This document shows, piece by piece, positions 1 to 10,238 of a DNA stretch of 64,000 nucleotides (position 1 is the first letter of the stretch; each line of letters starts with the position of its first letter). Made by a program: the position numbers and the translations under genes. The notes below the pieces were generated by a model, which was given only the letters and a program-made list of their open reading frames with translations, did no database searches and was not told the origin of the DNA. The stretch lies in IMG/VR virus record IMGVR_UViG_3300026521_000003, positions 1 to 64,000 of that record; one strand, given 5' to 3'.

Positions 1-237
1 TCAGTTAATACTCGACTTGAATCAACCTTTGCATCTAATTCAGTTTGTGTTTTATCTGATGAATATACTGTGGTTGTACTAGGTGTTGTATCATCTATTA
101 CTGTAATTGTATCAGTAAATACTGCCCCTGATGGAACATCAGTTAATACTCGACTTGAATCAACCTTTGCATCTAATTCAGTTTGTGTTTTATCTGATGA
201 ATATACTGTGGTTGTACTAGGTGTTGTATCATCTATT
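1..237. repeat. Direct repeat: 99-bp identical copies (1-99 and 139-237), period 138 bp = 46 aa
   Basis: Seen directly in the sequence; in frame within the fibre gene. Confidence 0.95.
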
Positions 238-1241
238 GAAACTGAAGATGTTGCAGCACTTATATTTGAACTAGTAATTATTGCTTCAAATGCGCCATTA
301 CTATTTTCAACAAAAAGTCCAGCAGGATAAGTTTTGGAATCGATTGTTGCCCCTTCGCCTAAATAACTTAAATCCCTCCATTCATTAGCTTTTGAATCCT
401 TAAATTTTATTAATCCACTATCAGTTTGAATAAATGTTTTTGCATAAATATAATCACTACAAAATATAGCCTTGTCTGTACCCAAATAGCCATGAAATTG
501 TGTGTTTGAAGGTATAGAAAGCCCATTTGATAATCTAGGGCCGGTCATTGTAATCATCTTATATTCTGAGGGGTGTGGACTAGGATTATTTTTCATATTA
601 AAAACTACAGACGGATTACCACTACTATCAGTATTTTCCATTGTAGTATTTTCAAAGTCAAAAGTTCCAGTAGAATCTACCTTTGGGATTATAGGGGTCA
701 ATATTTTCTTATCTATAATATTAAATTCTAGTTTACTTATGTCACCTTTATCGTATGTATCTTCAGAAAGTGAACCAAATTTAAAATATTTAAAATCTCC
801 TGTTGGTAAAGATACTTTAATATCGGATATAGTTTCAGTATTTTCTAATCTAGTAGTAGCAAAAATAATCCAATCAATATTATTTTCTGAACAATAAAAA
901 TTTATAACGGGTGTGTATTGCCAATTTTTAGACGTTAGTTTTATTCTGTCAAATTCTTGAGCTGATGCAAAAGTAAAATAAACAAAATTACCATCAGGGG
1001 TGTTATCTAAAGCATTAAGGGTTACAAAAGTCGTACCACCATCAATTAAATTTTCAATATTTCCAGATACTATATCAAAAGTACTCGTTATACTAATTAA
1101 TGTACGTCTATTCCCCGAATTATAAGCTGTGTTAGCAGGTACTATTTCATCTGAACTATATACAATACCATCAGATGTAATATCCAATGGCATCCCGTTA
1201 TACTCAAAACTTTTCGGTCTAAAATCACTTAAATATATCAT
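1..1241 (-). CDS. Tail fibre/virion protein, 3'-truncated at window edge (not in ORF track)
   Basis: ATG at 1241-1239 overlaps the stop of the upstream gene (ATGA). Frame stays open to position 1 (MIYLSDFRPK...). Contains repeated IDDTTPSTTTVYSSDKTQTELDAKVDSSRVLTD units typical of phage fibre shafts. Confidence 0.7.
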   Translation of the reverse strand, partial: MIYLSDFRPKSFEYNGMPLDITSDGIVYSSDEIVPANTAYNSGNRRTLISITSTFDIVSGNIENLIDGGTTFVTLNALDNTPDGNFVYFTFASAQEFDRIKLTSKNWQYTPVINFYCSENNIDWIIFATTRLENTETISDIKVSLPTGDFKYFKFGSLSEDTYDKGDISKLEFNIIDKKILTPIIPKVDSTGTFDFENTTMENTDSSGNPSVVFNMKNNPSPHPSEYKMITMTGPRLSNGLSIPSNTQFHGYLGTDKAIFCSDYIYAKTFIQTDSGLIKFKDSKANEWRDLSYLGEGATIDSKTYPAGLFVENSNGAFEAIITSSNISAATSSVSIDDTTPSTTTVYSSDKTQTELDAKVDSSRVLTDVPSGAVFTDTITVIDDTTPSTTTVYSSDKTQTELDAKVDSSRVLT

Positions 1242-3118
1242 AAAATTCTCCAATCATTATTTATAAATACTAGTTCAAACGTCTCATCATTTGTATTTAC
1301 TATTAGAGGAGACGATGATTTCATAAATGTATTATTCGATTCAATAGTTAAATTATTTACTGAAAAATCACCTGCTAAACAATGTATCAATATCCTATCA
1401 AAATTACTAACACTACTATCAGGCAAGATAAGTGTTATGGGATTATTTGTAACATCAACATAATACCTAGTACCAATAACAGCCGTAGCATCAGAAGTTA
1501 AAATAACATCAAATTTTAGTTGATGTATGTGGTTTAATTTTAATTCTAATTCTGACGTTAGTTGATTATCTACTGCAACTCTAGTACTAACTTCATTATT
1601 AAAATCAGATGTCAAAGTATCAATTCTATCAGTTAAATTATTATCTGCTGTTGTTCGATTTACTTGTTCCGTAATTATTTTATTATCTAAATCAGTCTTA
1701 TTATCTTTTATTATAGTTTCTATTTTTAATAATGTATCATAATCAGTACTTACACCATCTAAAATAGATATTTTTGAATTGTTAATATCATTCGTTATAT
1801 CAATATATGATTTTAGACCTGAACCATTAGGGTCTGTATAAATATATTTACTAGAATAAACACCACCTTCACTCTTAACTTGGTCTTTAATATCTGTATA
1901 ACTAAAAGTGGAAAGTGTATCCGCATTTACAGCTGCATCAACTTTTATAGCTTTAACGTTTAATTTAACATCATTATTACTGAAAAAACCATCAGCTTCA
2001 TTTGTAGTTAAATTTGATGATGCATTAGTTAATATTCTACTTCTGGTAGTAGAAATAATATTTTCAGCACTATTACCATTTAAAGTATCCGCCTCTTTAG
2101 CATTATTAACTTTTGTTGTTAAGATTTCAGCTCGAAATTCAGTTATAGTCTTATTATCGTCTGCATCACCAAAACGTACTGCTCTATTTGCAGTATTAGC
2201 ATTTAAAGCTGCGACTTTATTGCTGAAATCAACACTATTAATAACCCAGGTCTTATATTCTACCCCCGTATAAATTTCACTACTTGATACTACAAATCTA
2301 GTAGCTTTATAAATTTCTGAATTGCTATCCGTCTTTAATTCATCTTTTAATTCATCCCAAGATTTTGTATTTCCATTTGCCATTTTTAAACCATTAGCAG
2401 TAAACGCATTATAAACAAGTACTTCTTTTGCTTGTTCGGAGCTAAGAATATAATCTCGTAGTTCTATTAAATTGTAATCAACCGTACCATACTTTATATG
2501 GTTTGATGCATAAACAATTAGTTCAGTCTCCCCTACTAAATCACCATTACTTCTTTTTAATTTAAGGGCTTGATTTGCCTCTTTTACTACTAACTCAGAT
2601 TGTGATGTATTATCTAATAGATATGCATTATCAGCATTAACAGCAGTCCTTACATCCAAAGTATCTTCAGTCTTCCCAGCCAATAAAGCAGAATCTTTTA
2701 CACGTCTTAAATTCACATCACTCATTAAACTAGCAACAGTAAATGTAGGTGAGTCAGGTAATTCTCCTGCTTTTAAACGCCTAGAAATATCTACTTCTAA
2801 GTTAAAGGGTTCTAAACCTCTAACCATTTCTGTATTATAAACACTAAGAGTATTTTCTGTTTTATATACCGGTTCACCATTAATATTTACTGTTGGTTCA
2901 CCATTAATATCAACACTTCTTATTTTTTCGGCATTATCTGAAAATACTGAATGATTAACATTAAGAGAACTTTCCGTTTTCCCACCTAATTTAGATGAAT
3001 CTAAAACACTTAAATTACGTTCATATTTTCCACCTAATTTAGCGGCATCTCCTACTCTTTTTGTTCCAAAATATATTTTATTAAATTCAGTTATTATTCT
3101 ATCAAAAATTAATCTCAT
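1238..3118 (-). CDS. Putative tail fibre / virion structural protein
   Basis: Repeated (D/N)A..L.GK motifs, a coiled-coil E...R...D segment, and a C-terminal YYVDVTNNPITLILP...ELVFINNDWRI domain common in T4-like fibres. Confidence 0.6.
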   Translation of the reverse strand: MRLIFDRIITEFNKIYFGTKRVGDAAKLGGKYERNLSVLDSSKLGGKTESSLNVNHSVFSDNAEKIRSVDINGEPTVNINGEPVYKTENTLSVYNTEMVRGLEPFNLEVDISRRLKAGELPDSPTFTVASLMSDVNLRRVKDSALLAGKTEDTLDVRTAVNADNAYLLDNTSQSELVVKEANQALKLKRSNGDLVGETELIVYASNHIKYGTVDYNLIELRDYILSSEQAKEVLVYNAFTANGLKMANGNTKSWDELKDELKTDSNSEIYKATRFVVSSSEIYTGVEYKTWVINSVDFSNKVAALNANTANRAVRFGDADDNKTITEFRAEILTTKVNNAKEADTLNGNSAENIISTTRSRILTNASSNLTTNEADGFFSNNDVKLNVKAIKVDAAVNADTLSTFSYTDIKDQVKSEGGVYSSKYIYTDPNGSGLKSYIDITNDINNSKISILDGVSTDYDTLLKIETIIKDNKTDLDNKIITEQVNRTTADNNLTDRIDTLTSDFNNEVSTRVAVDNQLTSELELKLNHIHQLKFDVILTSDATAVIGTRYYVDVTNNPITLILPDSSVSNFDRILIHCLAGDFSVNNLTIESNNTFMKSSSPLIVNTNDETFELVFINNDWRIL

Positions 3119-3129
3119 TTATACTTTCC

Positions 3130-3780
3130 TTAAATATTTTGATTGATATTATCATCAGCAATATTCTCATTAAATCTATTAATTAATGATTGTTGGTAAC
3201 TATCAGATGAATCTGAAACAAAATAATCAATAGCATATTGTTCAGCTTCTATTTTAGAATCATTTATCAATTCAGTATAATCATCTTTTATATTCTGGAG
3301 TGACCAATCTTCTAATAACTTAGCATTAACATTATTAATATATTTTAATATCAAGTTATCAGTTTCTTGCTTTTTATAAAAGTCGGTAATAAGGCTACCA
3401 CCAAGAATATCCTTAGATATTTCAGCTAGGTTTTTTCCTTCTAAAGTTACAGCATTTACATTACTAAGATCAACTAGTGGATGCCACCAAAATGTACCGT
3501 CGGTTGGTATATTCCCTTTATTCTGATTTTGTTTTGATACATACATTGATCCATTGTATCCAACAATATCATCAACTAAATACTTGTATTCAGAATCCCA
3601 AACAGCAACTTTTACACCTGAAGTGGTATCTGTTGTACTCGTACTAGTGTCCGTTATATCAGTACCATCTGAACTTTGAATACTGGATATATACCATTGC
3701 CCATCATCCCAATCAAGTATAATTTTTGCTTCTTGTGCTACATCTGGTATTACAATATTGAGATTAGTTTCATCTGCCAT
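3130..3780 (-). CDS. Virion protein with small carbohydrate-binding-like (CBM5/12-type) motif
   Basis: WDSEYKYLVDDIVGYNGSMYVSK...P...FWW motif. MADE start at 3780 follows GAGG. Confidence 0.5.
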   Translation of the reverse strand: MADETNLNIVIPDVAQEAKIILDWDDGQWYISSIQSSDGTDITDTSTSTTDTTSGVKVAVWDSEYKYLVDDIVGYNGSMYVSKQNQNKGNIPTDGTFWWHPLVDLSNVNAVTLEGKNLAEISKDILGGSLITDFYKKQETDNLILKYINNVNAKLLEDWSLQNIKDDYTELINDSKIEAEQYAIDYFVSDSSDSYQQSLINRFNENIADDNINQNI

Positions 3781-3839
3781 ATTTTTGCACCTCATTAATT
3801 ATTTCTATTATTTATTACTAATATTAATATTTTTGTATA

Positions 3840-4409
3840 ATGATTAAGATATTAAACATGAAAGAAGGAGAGATAATGTCAAAGCGAAAAAGTATAAAAA
3901 AGAAATCATTAATTAAGCCAAGACAATTAGCTCAAACTTATGTTGAAGATACTTTTGATTTTGAAAATATAGAAATTAAAAATGAAATAATCATAGAAAA
4001 TAATGTTAATGTCATTAATAAAAAAATAGTATCGGAAAAGGATCTATTAAATAATAAACAATTCGATTACAAACTAAAAGTTATTATTTCAAAAATTGAA
4101 TTTGAAAAATCCTTTGAGTTTCTTTTTGATTATGTTAAAAGTAGTCAATTATATAGAATATACTATATTGATGAAAATAAAGACGAATATGATATAATAT
4201 TAGATAAAATTAGCCTCCATTATATTAAAAGACTAGCTAAAATAAATTTAAATTATAATGATTATAAAAATATTTTATTCTATTTTGATAATCTGAAAAG
4301 ATTATATGGGCTATTTAAAAGAGCTTCTTTTAATGAAAAAGAGGAACTTAATAAAATACTAAAGAAGATTAATACTATGCATGACTATGTTGCTACATTA
4401 ATATTTTAG
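3840..4409 (+). CDS. Hypothetical protein (start probably 3876)
   Basis: Open ORF; AGGAG RBS before MSKRK. Confidence 0.6.
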   Translation: MIKILNMKEGEIMSKRKSIKKKSLIKPRQLAQTYVEDTFDFENIEIKNEIIIENNVNVINKKIVSEKDLLNNKQFDYKLKVIISKIEFEKSFEFLFDYVKSSQLYRIYYIDENKDEYDIILDKISLHYIKRLAKINLNYNDYKNILFYFDNLKRLYGLFKRASFNEKEELNKILKKINTMHDYVATLIF

Positions 4410-4448
4410 AATTTATAATTGTATAATTAGTATAAAATTGGGGGTTAT

Positions 4449-5252
4449 ATGAGCAAATTAGAAGAATTGATTAATGAATTAACAGATGACGAACTTGAAT
4501 ATTTACAAGAAACCGTATTTACTGATGATGGCACAATTATATCAAAAAAAGAGTTTGAGAAGATATTGCATTATGAAACAACTATGGAATCACAACAGGA
4601 TGCAGTACAATTTGCTCTTAAAATCAATCTTAATAGTGTATATGGTGTTCAAATTATGCCACATTTTAAATTTGCTGATGAATGGCAAGCATTAGGCGCT
4701 TCAACTACTTTAACAGGAAGAATTTTATCAAAATATGGCCTTATTGAAACCATAGAGCAATTTTTTAATCCTGAAAGAGAAAGTAGATTTGAATTCCCAT
4801 TACTTGATAATATTATTGTTGCTGCAGATGATGATGAGTTCTTTGAAAATCCAGAATCACAAAAATTAAGAAGTGCAGTAATTTCCGATACTGATAGTGT
4901 AACAAAAGATGCAACTATCGAAACGGATTTATTCGGTGTTATTACATTTGGTGAATTAGAGTTAAAAGCATCACATGTTAAAACTGAAAATAATAAAGAG
5001 TATTTTTATTTTGATTCTCCTTTACAAGTAACGAATTACATAGATAATAAAGTAGTATTCGATGAAGTTCAATATCTATATGCACATAGAGTTGAGAAAG
5101 AAATTTTTGAAATAGAATTAGAGGATGGTAGTTCAATCAAGGTGACTGAAGACCACTCTATAATGATTTTGGATAAAAATGGAGAACCAACTATTAAAAA
5201 GAAACCATCAGAATTATCAGTAGATGATGTATGTATGGTTTATACTAAATAA
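4449..5252 (+). CDS. polB: Family B DNA polymerase (gp43-like) internal fragment fused to split-intein N-half
   Basis: Motif B KINLNSVYG and TLTGR, then motif C cut at SDTD, followed by intein-like SVTKDATIET...IKVTEDHSIM (block B TxxH). Confidence 0.92.
   Translation: MSKLEELINELTDDELEYLQETVFTDDGTIISKKEFEKILHYETTMESQQDAVQFALKINLNSVYGVQIMPHFKFADEWQALGASTTLTGRILSKYGLIETIEQFFNPERESRFEFPLLDNIIVAADDDEFFENPESQKLRSAVISDTDSVTKDATIETDLFGVITFGELELKASHVKTENNKEYFYFDSPLQVTNYIDNKVVFDEVQYLYAHRVEKEIFEIELEDGSSIKVTEDHSIMILDKNGEPTIKKKPSELSVDDVCMVYTK
4896..5249 (+). other. Split intein N-fragment (118 aa, Ser1)
   Basis: Begins with Ser right after DTD. Block B TEDH present. The ORF ends with no block F/G. Confidence 0.9.
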
Positions 5253-5260
5253 GGTAAATT

Positions 5261-5977
5261 ATGTTTAAATGTATGTGTGGTAAAACGTATAAAACTGAAA
5301 AGGGACACCTAAAACATATATCATCTTGTAAATATAATAATATAGATTTAAAAAAAATTTATAGATTAGGATTGATTATACATGAAAATAATAAATTTTT
5401 ATTTCATGTACACTTTGGAAAAATTAATAAATTAAAAAAAGAAGGTAATTACACTAAAAGTGAGGCCGAAGAAATATTACTAAAAGAAAATATTTTTAAA
5501 TATCGAAAGTCGCTATGGGATATATTAGAAATATGGCAAGATGAATTATTGCCTAGTGAATATCGATCATTCACAGAATGGGCATTTAAAACATATAAAG
5601 ATATTACATTATTATCTTTAAAAAATACTCTTGGTAATAGAAAAGTAATTTATCGTTTTAATTTAGAAAATACAAACAAGATGATTAAAAAACGTATAGA
5701 TGATAGTTTACTATACATTCATAACAATAAGACATTTTATAACGATTTTGATTTTGTAGATGTTTTAATTACTGGAAATATTTCTATGTATTATGTATTA
5801 TTCAATGATTGGCTTGCATCAGAATGGTTTGGACGTTTAGAAATCGATTTACAGCATGAATTAGAATATTATGTGTCTATAGCTTCTAAAATTATTATTG
5901 ACCGTTTATCTCACGATGAATTTGATGAATTACAACAATTAGCAAATTCAGACACTCCAATAATTTATGAGATGTAA
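5261..5977 (+). CDS. Hypothetical protein with N-terminal zinc finger
   Basis: CMCGKTYKTEKGHLKHISSC. Confidence 0.6.
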   Translation: MFKCMCGKTYKTEKGHLKHISSCKYNNIDLKKIYRLGLIIHENNKFLFHVHFGKINKLKKEGNYTKSEAEEILLKENIFKYRKSLWDILEIWQDELLPSEYRSFTEWAFKTYKDITLLSLKNTLGNRKVIYRFNLENTNKMIKKRIDDSLLYIHNNKTFYNDFDFVDVLITGNISMYYVLFNDWLASEWFGRLEIDLQHELEYYVSIASKIIIDRLSHDEFDELQQLANSDTPIIYEM

Positions 5978-6410
5978 TATGAAATATCTATCTGGTGAAC
6001 CTATATATACATGGTTTTTTAATATGTCAGGTGAACTTAAATATCATAGAGTAATTATAGAAAATTATGAATATATGGATGGTATGCAATGGGAAGTAAT
6101 CGACACTTACAAATGCTACTATTTAAAACCTGAAAAATTTTTATATATATTTACGAAATATAAAAAAAATTATATAAAAGTACAGGGACATATGGTACAC
6201 AAAGATAAACTAACAGCTAAAATTATTTTCTTACAATCAATTTTAAAAAAATTTAAAATAAACACGTCCACAAGCAAGGAATTGAAAGTTATAATTGATT
6301 ATGCGAGTAAAACTCTTAGTCAATATATCGATAAATACCCTGAAAAGATTTTAGAAGCCTTACAAATATCTAAAATAAGTACTTCATCAGATTTTTCTAT
6401 TTGGAGATAA
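5967..6410 (+). CDS. Hypothetical protein
   Basis: ORF tightly packed in an operon. Confidence 0.55.
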   Translation: MRCNMKYLSGEPIYTWFFNMSGELKYHRVIIENYEYMDGMQWEVIDTYKCYYLKPEKFLYIFTKYKKNYIKVQGHMVHKDKLTAKIIFLQSILKKFKINTSTSKELKVIIDYASKTLSQYIDKYPEKILEALQISKISTSSDFSIWR

Positions 6411-6916
6411 CTATGGGTATGTATGATACTTTTGAAGTTAATAAGACATTAACATGTCCTCATTGTTCTAAAAAATTTCAATTAACACAAGGATTACAAA
6501 GTAAGAATTTTGAAAAAGTTTTAGAATACTATGAAATTGGTGATTTTATTGAATATGATGATAAAACATTTATCACTAATGAATATGATTGGTGTCCTTA
6601 TTGTAATAATATGGTTGATCTATATATTGGCGCACACAAAGGTATTTATATTGGTGTAGAACAGAACAAAGATATTATGAATGAAAAAATAGTTAATATA
6701 GATATACTAAAATTTTATAAAAAAACATTTAAAAAATATAAAGAAACAGATATAAAGTATCGCAAAATATATAATAGTATATCAAATACTATTGAACTTT
6801 TTAGTAAGTCAAATAAAAATAAATTTATGATCAGTCTTTTATTAAGTAGAGATGATGTATTTGATTATAGCATTATCACCACGTTAAAAAATATTATTAA
6901 TAAATTCAAAGGTTAA
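6401..6916 (+). CDS. Hypothetical zinc-ribbon protein
   Basis: MGMYD...CPHC...QSK...CPYC. Confidence 0.6.
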   Translation: MEITMGMYDTFEVNKTLTCPHCSKKFQLTQGLQSKNFEKVLEYYEIGDFIEYDDKTFITNEYDWCPYCNNMVDLYIGAHKGIYIGVEQNKDIMNEKIVNIDILKFYKKTFKKYKETDIKYRKIYNSISNTIELFSKSNKNKFMISLLLSRDDVFDYSIITTLKNIINKFKG

Positions 6917-6968
6917 TTTAAGTAAAATCTCTTTATAATTTATAAATTAAAAAAGAAGGATTTAAATA

Positions 6969-7523
6969 ATGATTGGAGCATTAAAAACATTAGGGACCGT
7001 TTTAACAATCGCATCAACTGCATCATTTGGGAAAGACCTTTATGATAAACATAAAGATAAAAAAAGAGCCAGACAAATTAACGAAGTTCATAATTTTATT
7101 AGTTCATTAGATTTAGAAGCATTACAAGATGCAATTGAAAGTAAAAATGAAGAGGCTCTTATTGATGCTGTTGAGGATATAATTATAGCTGCAGAAGCTG
7201 TAAAAAGTAAGTCAGAGTTAGAAGAATTAGCAGAAGATGCACAAGAATTAGCTACAAATATTATAGATAAAGTTTCAGTTGTAACATCAACGGTCATTGA
7301 TAAAGTTCAGAATAAAATTAAAGAGCATGAATTTAATGAAGATATCGAAAGACCTACATATAAGGAGTTTAAAAAATTAAAAAAACCCCTTATATTGTAT
7401 TCCAATGATGGTACAAAGTTTATTATAACGGTAGATATGGAGAACGTATTTACCAATAATAAAACTAAATCTGTAACATATATTGTTAGTCCAAAAGAAA
7501 GCATTATAGAAAAATTAGACTAA
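6969..7523 (+). CDS. Hypothetical protein
   Basis: AAGGA RBS; helical ORF. Confidence 0.6.
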   Translation: MIGALKTLGTVLTIASTASFGKDLYDKHKDKKRARQINEVHNFISSLDLEALQDAIESKNEEALIDAVEDIIIAAEAVKSKSELEELAEDAQELATNIIDKVSVVTSTVIDKVQNKIKEHEFNEDIERPTYKEFKKLKKPLILYSNDGTKFIITVDMENVFTNNKTKSVTYIVSPKESIIEKLD

Positions 7524-8662
7524 CGTTTAATTTTTCTACGCTTACTGATACCAATATTAGCTAATTTAGATTTTAAGGTTAAATTGGTATCACCTTTTAC
7601 TACCCCATTCATAATCATATCATATGTTTCTAACCACCCAAATTTTTCAAAACTCTCACCCACATCTTTTGCAGGCGAAGTAAATTTCGGATACGATACA
7701 ACCCATTCTGGTACGTTTGCTTTTAACACAGCTTTACCTAATTCTAACCCCTTCAAGTCTGTATCCCACTTAAAGTTTATTTTATCTTTATCCAAAACAA
7801 ACATAAGTTTCTTTTTTTGGAAGTTAAAAGATTTCAAAATTTCCATTTGTTCATAAGTTATGTTTTTGGATAGTACCGCCATACCATCAAAAATCCATGC
7901 ATCGACTAATGACTCGGTTATAAAAATTTGTTTAATATCTTCTGATTTAAATAATTTATCAAGCCCATAAATTATTCTTCCACGATCATTATAATCCTCG
8001 TCCGAAGGAGGATATAAATATTTAGTTTTTGTGGGAAAAAGTGCTCTCGCAGCAAACGAAATAAGTTTTCCGTTAAAATAAATTGGGAAAATTAATCTAT
8101 TACTATAATCCCCTTCCAAACAAATAAATAACTCTTTAGAGGCTGATATATCATCCAAACCATGGTTTTTAAGGTATTCTTTAGCTTTTTTTCTGTTTTC
8201 AATAAATCTTTTTCTATATTGCATTGATATTTTATCTTTTTTCATATTTAAGTTGATTGATACATCTGGCAATTCAATTTCTTTATATGTAATAAGTTCT
8301 ATTTTATCATCATCAACTTCATCTTTTAATTCTTCTTGATCTTTTAATTCCGCTTTTGGAAATAATTTCTCTTTTTTAATTTCAAGAAGAATAGCACCTA
8401 CTTTTTTCCATGCTGATTTTGATATGAAGTTAGCCAAGGTATTAATGTTTGAACCAGTAAATCTGTGTTTTCTCCCACAATTAAAACATTGAAATCCTAT
8501 TTCATCATGTTGAAATAAAAAGTGGCTTCTTGGATTTTTACTGCGACCATCATGACAATATGGACAACCTGTTAAGTTTTGTCGCCACCCCTTAGATGAT
8601 GTATTACCCATTCTAAAATATTGAGTTATAAATCCTTCTTGTTTAATTCCGTAATTTATCAC
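7520..8662 (-). CDS. DNA primase (T4 gp61-like)
   Basis: Zinc finger CPYC...FQCFNCG, RLIFPI, KY, TOPRIM ITESLVDA and LDKD. Confidence 0.88.
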   Translation of the reverse strand: MINYGIKQEGFITQYFRMGNTSSKGWRQNLTGCPYCHDGRSKNPRSHFLFQHDEIGFQCFNCGRKHRFTGSNINTLANFISKSAWKKVGAILLEIKKEKLFPKAELKDQEELKDEVDDDKIELITYKEIELPDVSINLNMKKDKISMQYRKRFIENRKKAKEYLKNHGLDDISASKELFICLEGDYSNRLIFPIYFNGKLISFAARALFPTKTKYLYPPSDEDYNDRGRIIYGLDKLFKSEDIKQIFITESLVDAWIFDGMAVLSKNITYEQMEILKSFNFQKKKLMFVLDKDKINFKWDTDLKGLELGKAVLKANVPEWVVSYPKFTSPAKDVGESFEKFGWLETYDMIMNGVVKGDTNLTLKSKLANIGISKRRKIKR

Positions 8663-8990
8663 TTAATTCCTTTAATATATCTGCTAATTTATTTTTTAAA
8701 TATTTCTTATATTTTACAATTTTAGTCATTTTCTCAAACTCACCTGAGATAATTTTTTTATCATTTATAGAAAATTTAATCTTTGATAAAGAATCTGTAT
8801 TTTCAAATGTCACAATAGATTTAATAAAGGACCAGGATACAATTACATAATTATATCCCTCTATTTCAAATGTGCCAAACCGATATAAACTTTTAGTATT
8901 TTTATTAATTTTTTTATGATTAAATTTGATACCTGATAAAATTAAAGCATCTATTAAAGTGCCAAGATATTCTTTATCTTTCTCTGTCAT
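8643..8990 (-). CDS. Hypothetical protein
   Basis: Overlapping ORF in an operon. Confidence 0.55.
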   Translation of the reverse strand: MTEKDKEYLGTLIDALILSGIKFNHKKINKNTKSLYRFGTFEIEGYNYVIVSWSFIKSIVTFENTDSLSKIKFSINDKKIISGEFEKMTKIVKYKKYLKNKLADILKELSDKLRN

Positions 8991-9313
8991 ATACTACCTT
9001 CTTTTATTTTAAGTAAATGTGAATTATTTCCCGAACCCATTATCATAAAAGCTATTTCAGGATATTCTTTATCAAAATTTGAAATCAGTCTATTTTTTGC
9101 TATTAAACTCAAAGGCGTTAGATCTAAAATTAAATGTTCTTCTTTAGTATATAACATATCAAATATATCATATTTTTTTAATACTGTGTCGGTCAATACA
9201 ATTAAAATATTATCATTAAAACGTTCTAAAAATTTAGCATTATCAATCATTATGTTTTTTATCTCATTAGATAAGGCATTAAGGGTTCGCCATTTAATTT
9301 CGATTATTAACAT
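8987..9313 (-). CDS. Hypothetical protein
   Basis: Overlapping ORF in an operon. Confidence 0.55.
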   Translation of the reverse strand: MLIIEIKWRTLNALSNEIKNIMIDNAKFLERFNDNILIVLTDTVLKKYDIFDMLYTKEEHLILDLTPLSLIAKNRLISNFDKEYPEIAFMIMGSGNNSHLLKIKEGSI

Positions 9314-9314
9314 T

Positions 9315-9773
9315 TTAATACATTATATTATGTTGAATTTTATGAAGATCTATAATCCCTTTGACTTTCCAGTCAAAAGCCGATAATTCTTTTTCTTTTG
9401 TCTGCATAGCATGAATAGTTTGCTCCATTTTACGCAATAATGATTTAGTAGCTTTATATTCTGATAGTTTTCTAATTTCTCGTTCATAGTCTTTAGTAGT
9501 TTTTAAGAGTTCGGGAAATCCATCATAATCTTCTGCTATACTATGAAATTGTCGTGAATGCCATGATTCAAATTCTGTCTCTAAATCAGCATACATCAGT
9601 CTAATCTTAAACATTATCTTTGTAAGTTTTGATTGGTGGAATGATGCAAGAGCTATAGACTCTTGCAATTTTTCAAGATCAATTTTTGGATCTAATGAAA
9701 AATTCATTATTTCAGTTAGATCATCAAATTCATAATCAGTCAGGACTTCTTGAAGAAATTCTAATTGTGACAT
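9315..9773 (-). CDS. uvsY: UvsY-like recombination mediator
   Basis: About 150-aa long-helix protein ending ...ELSAFDWKVKGIIDLHK, resembling the UvsY C-terminus; T4-like context. Confidence 0.5.
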   Translation of the reverse strand: MSQLEFLQEVLTDYEFDDLTEIMNFSLDPKIDLEKLQESIALASFHQSKLTKIMFKIRLMYADLETEFESWHSRQFHSIAEDYDGFPELLKTTKDYEREIRKLSEYKATKSLLRKMEQTIHAMQTKEKELSAFDWKVKGIIDLHKIQHNIMY

Positions 9774-9820
9774 ATACTTTTCCTTATTTTAAATATAAGG
9801 TAATTTTACATTTTTATTAA

Positions 9821-10156
9821 TTATTCTTCACTAAAATAAGTTACGTTTAAATCATCTAATTCAAAACCATAATTTGCAGCCGCTTGTTCTAAGTCCAATA
9901 CTGTATAATTTTCACCAGATTTTACTTTTCTTATTGCTGTTAAAGCGTTCTTATATAGAAAAGTATCAAATGCCTCAAACATAAATTGTTTATCAACTCC
10001 TGCTTTTTCTGCATATGATTCTATGACACTTATTGTAATATCCCCAGGTTTTATAGTTTTATTAATTTCTTTTACGACCTCTTGGAATTTTTTAGCTTGT
10101 TTTTGTAATGAAGCTGTTGTTGATTTAGTTGTATCTTTTTTCCTAAACATAAACAT
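9821..10156 (-). CDS. Hypothetical protein
   Basis: GAGGA RBS; open ORF. Confidence 0.55.
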   Translation of the reverse strand: MFMFRKKDTTKSTTASLQKQAKKFQEVVKEINKTIKPGDITISVIESYAEKAGVDKQFMFEAFDTFLYKNALTAIRKVKSGENYTVLDLEQAAANYGFELDDLNVTYFSEE

Positions 10157-10238
10157 ATGATTAATCCTCTCTTTAATATATTTCTTTTATTTATTCATTT
10201 TTTTGTAAAATATCTCTAAATAAAAATAAGGCTTAAAA

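Noticed and set aside
1-237. CRISPR array
   Set aside because: The repeat is 99 bp, in frame within a CDS, and not a repeat-spacer structure.
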